Below the pieces are notes generated by a model that was given only the letters and a program-made list of their open reading frames with translations, did not search any database and was not told the DNA's origin. A stretch of 64,000 nt of DNA from a virus. Positions 48,018-57,633 of this stretch are shown here, piece after piece; the stretch's first letter is position 1, and each line of letters begins with the position of its first letter. The position numbers and the translations under genes were made by a program. The DNA lies in IMG/VR virus record IMGVR_UViG_3300020419_001305, positions 14,285 through 78,284 of that record; one strand, written 5' to 3'.

Positions 48018-48931
48018 AGGAACTTTGGGTAGAAAAATATAGACCAAAAGATGTCAAAGGCTATGTGTTCCGAGATGAACATCAACGTAAACAAGTTGAA
48101 CAATGGATCAAAGACGGAACTATTCCGCACTTGCTATTTTCAGGAAATGCTGGTATTGGTAAAACTACCCTTGCTAAGATATTACTCAATCAACTAGAAG
48201 TAAATGATTTAGATGTATTAGAAATTAATGCTAGTAGGACTAATAGTGTAGAAGACGTTAGAGATAAGGTTGTAAACTTTGTACAAATGATTCCTTTTGG
48301 AGAATTTAAAGTTGTACTATTAGATGAAGCAGATTATCTAAGTCCAAACGCACAAGCGGCATTGCGTGGTGTAATGGAAGAATATCATACGACAAGTAGG
48401 TTCATACTTACTTGTAACTATCCAAATAGGATTATTCCGGCACTCCATAGTAGATGCCAAGGCTTTCATATTGAAAGAATTGATCAAACTGAGTTTACTG
48501 CCCGTGTAGCAGAAATACTTATTGCTGAAGAAATTACTCCAGATATTGATACATTAGATACATACGTAAAGGCAACATATCCTGACTTACGTAAGTGTAT
48601 AAATATGGTACAAATGAATAGTGTCAGTGGTGAATTAGTTCCACCAGAAAAAAGCGACACTGGAGAAAGCGATTGGAAACTTGAAATGACTGAACTGTTT
48701 AAAGCAGGTCAGATTTCAAAAGCAAGAAAATTAGTTTGTAGTCAGGCCCGCCCTGAGGAGATCGAAGACGTGTACAAGTGGTTATATGACAACATTGATT
48801 TGTTTGGTGATGAAGCAAAGCAGGAAAGTGCTATTCTAATCATTAAACAAGGACTTGTTGATCATACACTTGTATCTGATCCAGAGATAAATCTAGCGGC
48901 AACTATGATTAGACTAGCAAGGATGAAATGA
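48014..48931 (+). CDS. Clamp loader AAA+ subunit (RFC small/gp44-like)
   Basis: [33 protein letters not shown]. Confidence 0.93.
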   Translation: MKELWVEKYRPKDVKGYVFRDEHQRKQVEQWIKDGTIPHLLFSGNAGIGKTTLAKILLNQLEVNDLDVLEINASRTNSVEDVRDKVVNFVQMIPFGEFKVVLLDEADYLSPNAQAALRGVMEEYHTTSRFILTCNYPNRIIPALHSRCQGFHIERIDQTEFTARVAEILIAEEITPDIDTLDTYVKATYPDLRKCINMVQMNSVSGELVPPEKSDTGESDWKLEMTELFKAGQISKARKLVCSQARPEEIEDVYKWLYDNIDLFGDEAKQESAILIIKQGLVDHTLVSDPEINLAATMIRLARMK

Positions 48932-49278
48932 CATACCTAGTTACTGAGGATTGTATTAAATGTAAACATATGGATTGCGTAGAAGTATGTCCTGTGGACT
49001 GTTTTTACGAGGGTGAAAACATGCTAGTAATACATCCAGACGAATGTATTGATTGCGGAGTATGTGAACCAGAATGTCCTGTTGATGCTATTGTTCCAGA
49101 TGCGAATTTAGAAGGTACTGAATTAGATTATTGGATGAAAATTAATACAGACATGTCTAACAAGTGGCCAAACATCACAGAAGTAAGGTCCGATGATGTA
49201 CCTGCTGATGCTAAAGAATGGGCAGGCAAACCTAATAAGAGAGAACTTTTATCCTTTGAGCCTGGTAAAGGTGATTAA
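48928..49278 (+). CDS. fdxA: Dicluster ferredoxin (FdxA/FdI type)
   Basis: [29 protein letters not shown]. Confidence 0.92.
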   Translation: MTYLVTEDCIKCKHMDCVEVCPVDCFYEGENMLVIHPDECIDCGVCEPECPVDAIVPDANLEGTELDYWMKINTDMSNKWPNITEVRSDDVPADAKEWAGKPNKRELLSFEPGKGD

Positions 49279-49598
49279 TGAAACTTAGATGTAAACACAT
49301 TCTTTTAAGTCACAAAGACGCAGAAAATACTTCACATCAACGACCCTTAGGTACAGCCGTAACAGATGCTGAAAACATAATTAAAGATTTGAAAACAGGT
49401 AAAATTAAATTTGAAGATGCGGCCGCAGAACATAGTGCCTGTGCTAGTGGACCTAGACATGGCGGAGATCTTGGCTGGTTTGAAGAACATAAAATGCACC
49501 CTGACTTTACAAATGCTGTAAAAGTCATAGGAATAGATACTATAGGTCCACCTGTAATATCACCTTGGGGTGTTCATATTGTATTGAGGACAGGATGA
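49278..49598 (+). CDS. Parvulin-type peptidyl-prolyl isomerase
   Basis: HILL, FEDAA.EHS.C.S..GGDLGWF, SPWGVHIV. Confidence 0.9.
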   Translation: MKLRCKHILLSHKDAENTSHQRPLGTAVTDAENIIKDLKTGKIKFEDAAAEHSACASGPRHGGDLGWFEEHKMHPDFTNAVKVIGIDTIGPPVISPWGVHIVLRTG

Positions 49599-50125
49599 AT
49601 ATAAAAAGATATGATTGGAATCATCTAATCACTCAACGAGATAGAGATGCGGTTTGTGACGATGTAGTACAAGCTGTAAAAGATGGAAAATTTTGGACCA
49701 ATAGTCCCAAGTTTCAAACAAACTTCAATGTGTTTGGATTACCAAGTCCGCATTGGATGAAACTTAAAATGAGCTTTATAATGAGTTGTTTTATGTTTCT
49801 AGAAAAAGAAGTACAAATTAAAAACATTCAAGCATGGAGTTTTATGACTAAGCTACCAGGAGAAGATAGAGAAAAGCTATGGCATCATCACTGGCATGAT
49901 ATCAGCACCAATAGTATAAGTGGTGTGTATTATGTACACTTACCTGAAGCAGATGATGACTGTGGAACTGAGTTCGCTCCTAATGGTCCTAAAGAAAAAG
50001 AAAGATATATGGAGCCACCTTTCCTAGGTGGTTGGATAATTTACGAAAGTAAAGAATGGCATAGACCTGGATTGTTAAAATCTAATAATAATAGGTTTAT
50101 CGTTGCCGCTGATATGATGTACTAG
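49595..50125 (+). CDS. 2OG-Fe(II) oxygenase-like protein
   Basis: WHHH..ISGVYYV..GTEF..WHRP..RFIVAAD. Confidence 0.65.
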   Translation: MNIKRYDWNHLITQRDRDAVCDDVVQAVKDGKFWTNSPKFQTNFNVFGLPSPHWMKLKMSFIMSCFMFLEKEVQIKNIQAWSFMTKLPGEDREKLWHHHWHDISTNSISGVYYVHLPEADDDCGTEFAPNGPKEKERYMEPPFLGGWIIYESKEWHRPGLLKSNNNRFIVAADMMY

Positions 50126-50134
50126 GAGTTTAAA

Positions 50135-50800
50135 ATGGAAGTAAAATTAATAAGCTATTCACAGCCTGTGGAAAATTTAACAGCTCGGCATCTTATAGAT
50201 GCTCAGGACTTAATTGCCTTTTGTGCTAGGGTAAGTAATCCTTCTAACCAAATGAACACAGAGACTAGTGAAAAGCTAATAAAATATCTAGTAAAACATA
50301 AACATTGGTCACCATTAGAAATGGTAAGTGCTTGTTTAGAAATTAAAACAACACGTGATATAGCACACCAAATTGTAAGACATCGAAGTTTTAGTTTTCA
50401 AGAATTTAGTCAGCGATACGCCGATCCTGAAGCACAAGGAGATATGTTTGAGTATAGCGAAGCTAGACTACAAGATACAAAGAACAGACAAAACTCTATT
50501 GAAGTAGAAGACAAAAAACTTCAACAGGAATGGGATTGGGCACAAAGACGTATTGCTGTATTAGCCAAAAAGGAATACGACTGGGCTATCAAAAAGGGTA
50601 TAGCTAAAGAACAAGCCAGAAAAGTTCTTCCTGAAGGAATTACCAAAACAACACTTTACATGAATGGAACCCTAAGAAGTTGGGCCCATTACATTGAATT
50701 ACGTGGCGCTAACGGTACCCAAAAAGAACATATGGATATTGCTCACGCTTGTGCCAGCGTCATCAGTAACATCTTTCCTTTGGTTGACGAACTAAACTAG
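50135..50800 (+). CDS. thyX: Flavin-dependent thymidylate synthase
   Basis: HWSPLE, QIVRHRSFSFQEFSQRY, EQAR.VLP, LRSWAHY. Confidence 0.95.
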   Translation: MEVKLISYSQPVENLTARHLIDAQDLIAFCARVSNPSNQMNTETSEKLIKYLVKHKHWSPLEMVSACLEIKTTRDIAHQIVRHRSFSFQEFSQRYADPEAQGDMFEYSEARLQDTKNRQNSIEVEDKKLQQEWDWAQRRIAVLAKKEYDWAIKKGIAKEQARKVLPEGITKTTLYMNGTLRSWAHYIELRGANGTQKEHMDIAHACASVISNIFPLVDELN

Positions 50801-51520
50801 TTCATCACCATACACTTCTAACACTTCTTTTACTGCTTCGTGTCGTTCGATATCCTTGTGTGAAAAGGTCACATATGATAGTCTACTAGCAGACGGATGT
50901 CTACTAAGGTTTCCTATAAAATCTAGCAGTCCGTTATCTTTCATACGGTCAGCTTGATTAAGGTCACCTGTTACTGCCATCTTTGATCCTTCTCCTAAAC
51001 GAGTGAGTAACATTTTCATTTGACTTACTGTTGAATTCTGCATTTCATCCGCAATGATATAGGCATTTTTAAAAGTTCTACCACGCATATATGCTAATGG
51101 AGAAATTTCTATAATTCCTTCGTTTATCATTCCTTCTATTTCTCGAGCGTTAAAATACTCTCTCAAAACATCAAATACAGGTCGTGTCCATGGAGCCATC
51201 TTTTGCTCCAAAGTTCCTGGTAAAAATCCAAGATCTTCATCTACAGAAACTGCGGGTCTAGTTACAATAATCTTGTCAACTTTACCTTCTTTAAAAAGTT
51301 TTACAGCAGTCAAAACCGCAATGATCGTTTTTCCTGTTCCAGCTGGACCAATTCCAAAGACTACGTCTTTACTCGAGTCAGTAAGGGTAAGCAGGTATGT
51401 TTCCTGGGATCTATTTCGCGGGTATATTTTAACGACTTTTTTCTTTTCTGGAAGATAATTATTTAATTGAACAACATTACTGTGAAAGTTTTTGCTCTTG
51501 CGAGCTCGCTTTGCACTCAT
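50792..51520 (-). CDS. phoH: PhoH-like ATPase
   Basis: GPAGTGKT, LGFLPG, LAYMRGRTF, DEMQN, LTRLG, GDLNQAD. Confidence 0.93.
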   Translation of the reverse strand: MSAKRARKSKNFHSNVVQLNNYLPEKKKVVKIYPRNRSQETYLLTLTDSSKDVVFGIGPAGTGKTIIAVLTAVKLFKEGKVDKIIVTRPAVSVDEDLGFLPGTLEQKMAPWTRPVFDVLREYFNAREIEGMINEGIIEISPLAYMRGRTFKNAYIIADEMQNSTVSQMKMLLTRLGEGSKMAVTGDLNQADRMKDNGLLDFIGNLSRHPSASRLSYVTFSHKDIERHEAVKEVLEVYGDELV

Positions 51521-51644
51521 GAAGTGTCCTCCTTTATATGACTTCAGTAGGTGTCTTTCCTACACAAATATTTAGTAGGTCAATCCAACAAGTTAAACAC
51601 AAAGACAATTATGGATAAATAATAGTAACATACAGGAAACACCA

Positions 51645-52169
51645 ATGAAAGACGTTTTAGAGGTAATAAAGAACATACAAAGCATATACGAAAGCGATAT
51701 GTCTTTTCAGGTTTTAAAGGACTTTGAAAGAGTGCTTGACGACCTTGATTTGTATGTCTACGACAACTGGATGGACGGAGAGCTAGTAAGCGGCCCTAAA
51801 ATAGGTAGGCATTGGGTAACTTGTGCGTTTATGTGGGATTTAGATAAAATGCCTGATCCTATGGGTGGCAAAAGATTACTAGATTACGACTGTAAGGTTA
51901 CCTATAAACGAGATGGTATTATTAAGCCACGAAAAATAAGAAAGCCCGACGACATTAGACCAGGTACTAAGAAGGGTAAATTAGATATAACACCTATCTG
52001 GGTAGTAGAAATTATGATGCCTAAGAAACTAATAGCTGATATCTATACTGGTTATAGAGCACAGGAAGATATAGGTACAGATCCTACTATTACTCCAACC
52101 ATTGCTCCAGAAATAGAACCAGCTGAAACAGGTGTTGAAGCTACACAGGGTACGGAGGAAGTTGTTTAA
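51645..52169 (+). CDS. Hypothetical phage protein
   Basis: LKDFERVLDDLDLYV..NW..GEL..GP; TAAATA at 51616. Confidence 0.75.
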   Translation: MKDVLEVIKNIQSIYESDMSFQVLKDFERVLDDLDLYVYDNWMDGELVSGPKIGRHWVTCAFMWDLDKMPDPMGGKRLLDYDCKVTYKRDGIIKPRKIRKPDDIRPGTKKGKLDITPIWVVEIMMPKKLIADIYTGYRAQEDIGTDPTITPTIAPEIEPAETGVEATQGTEEVV

Positions 52170-52873
52170 TGGGATTAATTAAAAACGATTTACAATTACT
52201 AGTCGACAATGTACTAGAGATAGATTCTTATAAATCAAAAATGGGTACAGATAGAGATATTGTTACCCTTGCTTTTTCTGTGAACGGAAAAGACCCAGCA
52301 ACAGATTTAGAAAACTTTATTGAAAAAGGATATCCTTTTGTATTAGACGCTGATGTTACTTCAGGTGAACAAAGCGACGGAACTTATAAAGTGTTTGTCG
52401 AAATAGAAAGAAACAAAGATGTAGGTTCACAAATAATGGAAATTGCTGACGGTGTAACAAAACTTGCTGATGTCGATAAGTTAAGATTTAGATATTACAA
52501 AAATTTTAAAAGCAAAGAATTAAACAACGAAAACATCACTGAAGAGATACCATTGGATGGAGATTCATATGATGTTAAAACAAAAGAGTCTCATTTAGAA
52601 AATTACAAGAACTTTTTTACAAACAGTTATGCTGAAAGTATAAAATTAGTAGGTGATACATTAACCGTTAAAAACACTTATCAGCAACCTGTACATTTTG
52701 AAGTTATAGATTTTGGCAAAGGAATGCCAATTAAAGAAACAATTAATATGGATCACATGTCTGAAGTAATTTGGTTAACAAAATACTTAGGCGACTACAA
52801 TATAAACAAATTCGGTAAAGATCTTGTTTTAGAAAACCAAGGATATGTGTTAAAGTTACGAAGGATCTTTTAG
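52169..52873 (+). CDS. Hypothetical phage protein
   Basis: IDSYKSKMG, FIEKGY..VLDAD..GE. Confidence 0.75.
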   Translation: MGLIKNDLQLLVDNVLEIDSYKSKMGTDRDIVTLAFSVNGKDPATDLENFIEKGYPFVLDADVTSGEQSDGTYKVFVEIERNKDVGSQIMEIADGVTKLADVDKLRFRYYKNFKSKELNNENITEEIPLDGDSYDVKTKESHLENYKNFFTNSYAESIKLVGDTLTVKNTYQQPVHFEVIDFGKGMPIKETINMDHMSEVIWLTKYLGDYNINKFGKDLVLENQGYVLKLRRIF

Positions 52874-53013
52874 TGACTAATTGCCAAAACTGCGGCCACG
52901 AATCACATTGTGGTACACCCTTGTACAAGGACATGATAGACGGCGATAATCGACAAGTAAATATAGAAGTATGCAAACAATGTAGATGTGAAGTTTGCCA
53001 AAAAAAGGATTAG
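52873..53013 (+). CDS. Small Cys-rich metal-binding protein (46 aa)
   Basis: GTG overlapping upstream stop; MTNCQNCGHESHCG..VCKQCRCEVC. Confidence 0.65.
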   Translation: MTNCQNCGHESHCGTPLYKDMIDGDNRQVNIEVCKQCRCEVCQKKD

Positions 53014-53017
53014 ACTA

Positions 53018-53866
53018 ATGGCTAAAGAACATTTTAAATTTGATTTTGACGAGTGGATGGCTGAAGAGCTTATTCACAGAGATGACTGGAAAGACTGGTA
53101 TGAGGCAATGTGTGAAATACTTCCTTTGTGGGGAGTAGATACTATTGAAAGAGTTTCAATGTTTATAGCACAATGTGGACACGAATCAGGCGGCTTTAGG
53201 GTTTTATCAGAAAACCTTAATTATAGTGCTAGTGCTTTGAATAAAATCTTTCCTAAATATTTTGTAAGGGCAGGAAGAAATGCACAAGATTATCATAGAC
53301 AACCTGAGAATATTGCTAATGTTATCTACGCAAGTAGGATGGATAATGGAGATACTGATTCAGGAGACGGTTGGCGTTTCAGAGGAGGTGGCATACTTCA
53401 GCTCACGGGAAGATACAACTACACGCAATTCGGAAAGGCAGTAGAAATGTCACCCGAAGAGGCAGTTGACTATGTACGCACAAAAAAAGGTGCGTTAGAT
53501 TCAGCTTGTTGGTTTTGGGACACAAATGATATCAACAAATACTGTGATGACCAAGATATCAAAGGCGCAACTAAACGTATTAACGGTGGATACATTGGCT
53601 TAGAAGATCGTAAAAAACATTACCTACATGCTCTTGATGTATTAGGTGGAGATTTTGAAGAGCCAGAAGTAGACTATAATCAAACTATTAGAGTAGGATC
53701 ACGAGGTCCGTTAGTAGCAGAAGTACAACAAAAATTAGACATTGATCCTGCGGACGGTATCTTTGGCCCAGGAACAGCTAAAATTGTTAAACACTGGCAA
53801 AGCTCTAACGGATTGGTAGCTGATGGTATAGTAGGACCGAAAACCATCGGAAAGTTGTTAGGCTAA
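53018..53866 (+). CDS. GH19 endolysin with C-terminal peptidoglycan-binding domain
   Basis: HESGGF, ENLNYS, FRGGGILQLTGRYNY, TKRINGG; DGIFGPGT..WQ..GL.ADGIVGPKT. Confidence 0.92.
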   Translation: MAKEHFKFDFDEWMAEELIHRDDWKDWYEAMCEILPLWGVDTIERVSMFIAQCGHESGGFRVLSENLNYSASALNKIFPKYFVRAGRNAQDYHRQPENIANVIYASRMDNGDTDSGDGWRFRGGGILQLTGRYNYTQFGKAVEMSPEEAVDYVRTKKGALDSACWFWDTNDINKYCDDQDIKGATKRINGGYIGLEDRKKHYLHALDVLGGDFEEPEVDYNQTIRVGSRGPLVAEVQQKLDIDPADGIFGPGTAKIVKHWQSSNGLVADGIVGPKTIGKLLG

Positions 53867-53874
53867 ATAAAATT

Positions 53875-54363
53875 ATGTTTAGTGGATTAAAGATTGCTGT
53901 AGTACTGATAATTCTAAGTGTTGCTGGAGGTGGGTTTTTCTATGTAAAACAGTTACAGTCCAACTTAGAAATAGCAAGATTAAACAATGCTAAACTTTCA
54001 TCAGCAGTTGAAACTAGTGAAGCAAGTATAGCATTACTAAAAGAAGATAATGTAAGACTAAACAACTTATCAGACCAATTACAAAACGATTTACAAAAAG
54101 CAGAAAAGTATGGTGATAATTTACGTAATAGATTACGTGAACTTGATCTAGTACAAGATGCTATAAGAGATAGTAAAGACTTAGAAGGAAGGATGAATGG
54201 TGCCACAGCTAAATTATGGCGCGAGCTTGAAGCCGCTACTGGCGGTGATGGTAGTACTCCTCTTCCTAACTGGGTGCTCGACGTTCCGGGAACCGGAAAT
54301 AAAAGTAGTGACTCAGATAGAGAAGACAACAGTACCGATAGTAGCTCGACCAAAACCGATTGA
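53875..54363 (+). CDS. Inner-membrane spanin (Rz-like)
   Basis: N-terminal TM plus coiled coil, right after endolysin, overlapped by a lipoprotein gene. Confidence 0.75.
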   Translation: MFSGLKIAVVLIILSVAGGGFFYVKQLQSNLEIARLNNAKLSSAVETSEASIALLKEDNVRLNNLSDQLQNDLQKAEKYGDNLRNRLRELDLVQDAIRDSKDLEGRMNGATAKLWRELEAATGGDGSTPLPNWVLDVPGTGNKSSDSDREDNSTDSSSTKTD

Positions 54364-54595
54364 TCTAGTAGATACTAGAGTTTATGTTGTCACAAAGGAC
54401 AACTATGAATCCTTTGTGAAAGAATTTACTGCCGAACATGGTGAGTTAGCTTATGTAGTCTTATCTATGAAAGACTATGAAAATCTAGCTATAAATGTAG
54501 CAGACCTAAGACGCTATATTGAACAGCAGACGGAAATAATTGTATATTATGAGAACGCTGTTAAGCCTAATCCTACTGACGACACTTCTAAGTAG
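54197..54595 (+). CDS. Outer-membrane spanin lipoprotein (Rz1-like)
   Basis: Lipobox LTGC, Pro-rich segment, partial overlap with i-spanin. Confidence 0.75.
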   Translation: MVPQLNYGASLKPLLAVMVVLLFLTGCSTFREPEIKVVTQIEKTTVPIVARPKPIDLVDTRVYVVTKDNYESFVKEFTAEHGELAYVVLSMKDYENLAINVADLRRYIEQQTEIIVYYENAVKPNPTDDTSK

Positions 54596-54701
54596 TTGTA
54601 GTAAAAAGATCAACTGCGAAGCCAAACCCGATCCCAAAATACAAATAGAAAATAATGTTGCTACTGTAGACCCTGGAGCAACTGTTTCTTGTTCATTTTA
54701 A
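54549..54701 (+). CDS. Small lipoprotein (50 aa)
   Basis: MRTLLSLILLTTLLSSC lipobox; ends VSCSF. Confidence 0.6.
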   Translation: MRTLLSLILLTTLLSSCSKKINCEAKPDPKIQIENNVATVDPGATVSCSF

Positions 54702-54716
54702 TTTATAAATATTTGT

Positions 54717-55388
54717 ATGAGCTGTTTAGATATTTTACAGGTACACGAACCTAAGAGATTTCCTAAAAACAAACACAATAGTTATGGCTATAGATGTAAT
54801 GAATTTGAAAGCTATGATTGGAGTGATAGTATCTTATTTCTAGGATGTAGCCATGTTTATGGTATGTCAAATTTAAATGAAAATACTATTCCTTATTTGT
54901 ATTCAACCATTTCAGGAAATACTGCTATTAATATGGGTATTTGTGGTGGTAACCCTGAAACTATTTTCCATAATACTTTCGCTTTAATTGAAAAAGAATT
55001 TATTCCGAAACAGGTAGCTATATTATGGCCAGAAATTAGTAGACAACTATATTACAAAGGTGATAAACTAGGAAGCAGAAAAAGACCATTATTGTTAGGT
55101 AATTGGAGTGAAAAGGCAGAAAAGGCGTTATGGCAACAACACATATTGTATACCGAAAATTATATGACAAAAGCATACCTAATACAGAAGGCTGTAAACA
55201 ACGCTTGGCAATTAGAAAACACAAAAGTTACTAACTTTACGTTTAGAAAAAAGAAACTTACACAAGAAGGAAAAATATTATTTCCTTTTACCGTTCTACC
55301 AGCACAGGTTGATGAAGCACAAGATGGTGTTCACCATGGCCCTAAAAGTAACATAAACTACGCAAAATTTATACATAAATACTTGTGA
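54717..55388 (+). CDS. SGNH-hydrolase-like protein
   Basis: FLGCSHVYG, NMGICG, DGVHHGP. Confidence 0.65.
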   Translation: MSCLDILQVHEPKRFPKNKHNSYGYRCNEFESYDWSDSILFLGCSHVYGMSNLNENTIPYLYSTISGNTAINMGICGGNPETIFHNTFALIEKEFIPKQVAILWPEISRQLYYKGDKLGSRKRPLLLGNWSEKAEKALWQQHILYTENYMTKAYLIQKAVNNAWQLENTKVTNFTFRKKKLTQEGKILFPFTVLPAQVDEAQDGVHHGPKSNINYAKFIHKYL

Positions 55389-55678
55389 TGGAACAGATTT
55401 ACGAAATGATAGCAAGAATGGCGACAGACCGTTTATGGATATACACAGCATTGGCAGGGTCTTTATTTGGTGCGGCATTTTTGTTTTGGTTTAAAGATAC
55501 AAGAATGGCTATATGGGCAGTTTCTAAATTTGATAGTACATTAGAGCACCTAGCAAATCGCTGGGGTTGGACATGGTTACAGAATGATCCAAATGCTTGG
55601 CGTGTAAAATATCCTAAAATCACAAGTAAGATAGATGATTTAGAAGCACGTATTAAAAAATTAGAAAAGAAGAAATAA
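55388..55678 (+). CDS. Membrane protein
   Basis: One TM plus C-terminal coiled coil; TAAATA upstream. Confidence 0.7.
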   Translation: MEQIYEMIARMATDRLWIYTALAGSLFGAAFLFWFKDTRMAIWAVSKFDSTLEHLANRWGWTWLQNDPNAWRVKYPKITSKIDDLEARIKKLEKKK

Positions 55679-55679
55679 A

Positions 55680-56132
55680 ATGTTTGACCAATTAGGAATG
55701 GAACTAACAGACTTATTAGCACCTTGGATTGCTATTTTGATATCCTTGTCAGCAGTATTTTGGTTTAAGGATTTTGCTGTAAATTTGATGAGCGGATTGA
55801 AGTTTAAATTTAATCCTGCTTTTAACGAAGGCGATAGTATTATTCTTGACGATTGTGATGCTATAATTGTTAAAATTGGCTTAAGAGAATCTGTGTTTGG
55901 TGTGTATAGTGATAAAGGTTATGTTTGGCAATATATCTCAAACGATAGAATTAAATTACATAAGTTAGAAAAAATTATCAATAAAAATCTTCATTTAGAT
56001 AGTCCCGCAGAAAAGGGACGTCGCATACAATCTATGATTGATAAGGCACAAGATGAGGACATTGATCACAACAAAAACGATATAGCAAAAAATAAAAGAG
56101 AAATCGAAGATATCAAAAGAGGGAGAAAATAA
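55680..56132 (+). CDS. Membrane protein with MscS-like TM3/beta segment
   Basis: FKDFAVNLMSGL..FNEGD.I.LD..AIIVKIGL. Confidence 0.5.
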   Translation: MFDQLGMELTDLLAPWIAILISLSAVFWFKDFAVNLMSGLKFKFNPAFNEGDSIILDDCDAIIVKIGLRESVFGVYSDKGYVWQYISNDRIKLHKLEKIINKNLHLDSPAEKGRRIQSMIDKAQDEDIDHNKNDIAKNKREIEDIKRGRK

Positions 56133-56497
56133 TGCCAAGAAAGAAGCCTGAAGAGCTAGAAGTAAAAAAGCCAGAAGCAGATGCTGAAGTAGTAGTTCCT
56201 GCCTCAAAAGAAGGTGTAAGTAAAAAAGTAAAATTAGATCTTGAAGTAGACACTACTGTAAAAGATTTAGGACCAAATCCGTATGTAAAAATTATTCATA
56301 TGGCAAGAGCTGTAGATGCTTGGAGAATATTTCCAAGAGTTTTTATTACCACATACATATATCTATTATATAAGGTTGTTTTGTGGTACATGGCTTTACC
56401 AAGTCCAACTATGGAACAATCAGGACTAGTTTCTATTGTAGTAGGTGCTGGTGCGGCTTGGTTTGGCTTATATACTGGTTCTAGAAGTAAAAAATAA
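56132..56497 (+). CDS. Two-TM membrane protein (holin candidate)
   Basis: DAWRIFPR, two TM, GAGAAWFGLY; near lysis genes. Confidence 0.5.
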   Translation: MPRKKPEELEVKKPEADAEVVVPASKEGVSKKVKLDLEVDTTVKDLGPNPYVKIIHMARAVDAWRIFPRVFITTYIYLLYKVVLWYMALPSPTMEQSGLVSIVVGAGAAWFGLYTGSRSKK

Positions 56498-56534
56498 ACT
56501 TGACAAATATAAGAGAAAGTATTATAATTAAGCT

Positions 56535-57620
56535 ATGAGATTTAGAGATATAAAAATTATAGAATCTAATAAAGGATCTAATGTAGTTAGGTATAACACA
56601 GAACTAGCTATGCTTACTGCCTTTAGTGGCGGAACAACACCAAACGACATACCAGACGATGCTCTTGTAAATCCCAAAGAAACTAGATCAGAAATAAAAA
56701 AAGTAGCAAAGTATTTTGATCAGAAAAAATTTGATCAATGGATGTCTATCAGTAATACTTACAAAGATAAAATACTTTCTCATAGCGGGTCATTACCTCA
56801 AAAATATGATTGGGTTGGTGGAAGTAATATAGGACCTGTAGCTGATTTAGTATTTAAAGATCATCCAGCTAGTGGAATAAGCATAAAAGACGCCTCTGGA
56901 ATCACCCTAGCAAACTTAACTCCTAAAGCATTAGGACTAGAACCGTTAAAGGGCAAAGACGTATTTCAAACCTACGCAGATAAAGAATTTAAAAAATTTA
57001 AAATAAGAGTCTTTAACCTTATGATGGATGAAGCAGAAAATGCTCCTGGAACAATAATACACCCAAGACCAAGTGGAAAAGAAAGAAGCTTGATGTTCGA
57101 CGAAGAAAGTAAAAAGTTTGTAATTAAATATGACAAAGGTGTGCTAAATCTTGACCGAAGTGAAGTAATAAGAACTTCACCAAAAAATGCTCTGTGGCAA
57201 AGGGTATTTGGTGACTGGTATCAATCAAATTTTCAAAAATACAAAGATATTATGCGACCGCTTGTAAAAACAATTTCGAGAAGCTTTAAAGAAATAATGG
57301 GCAATGCTCTTGCTGATAGTGACAAACTAAAAAAACTTTTACAGTTTGAAAACAAACCTTACTATTATGCTACTCCAAAAAAGATGTACTATGTACCGTC
57401 AGCGGATGCCGCTGGTGACTTAGAACTTAAAGCAATTGACTATGACGATCCTGATGGAACAAGTCAATTATTTAAAGCGAAGATTGGAAACGTTAACAGT
57501 GATGACGGAGCAGTCATAGATATCTATATACGTTTCGCAAATGGATTATTTGCTACAAATTCAACAGCCCGAGTACAAAGTATTAAGAACCCTGAACTGA
57601 TAGCTTGGGACCTCATTTAA
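56535..57620 (+). CDS. Hypothetical protein, PD-(D/E)xK-like motif
   Basis: ADLVF..GISIK; N-terminus MRFRDIKIIE; TTGACA (56500) N17 TATAAT 6 nt before ATG. Confidence 0.65.
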   Translation: MRFRDIKIIESNKGSNVVRYNTELAMLTAFSGGTTPNDIPDDALVNPKETRSEIKKVAKYFDQKKFDQWMSISNTYKDKILSHSGSLPQKYDWVGGSNIGPVADLVFKDHPASGISIKDASGITLANLTPKALGLEPLKGKDVFQTYADKEFKKFKIRVFNLMMDEAENAPGTIIHPRPSGKERSLMFDEESKKFVIKYDKGVLNLDRSEVIRTSPKNALWQRVFGDWYQSNFQKYKDIMRPLVKTISRSFKEIMGNALADSDKLKKLLQFENKPYYYATPKKMYYVPSADAAGDLELKAIDYDDPDGTSQLFKAKIGNVNSDDGAVIDIYIRFANGLFATNSTARVQSIKNPELIAWDLI

Positions 57621-57633
57621 AATAAGTAACTGC

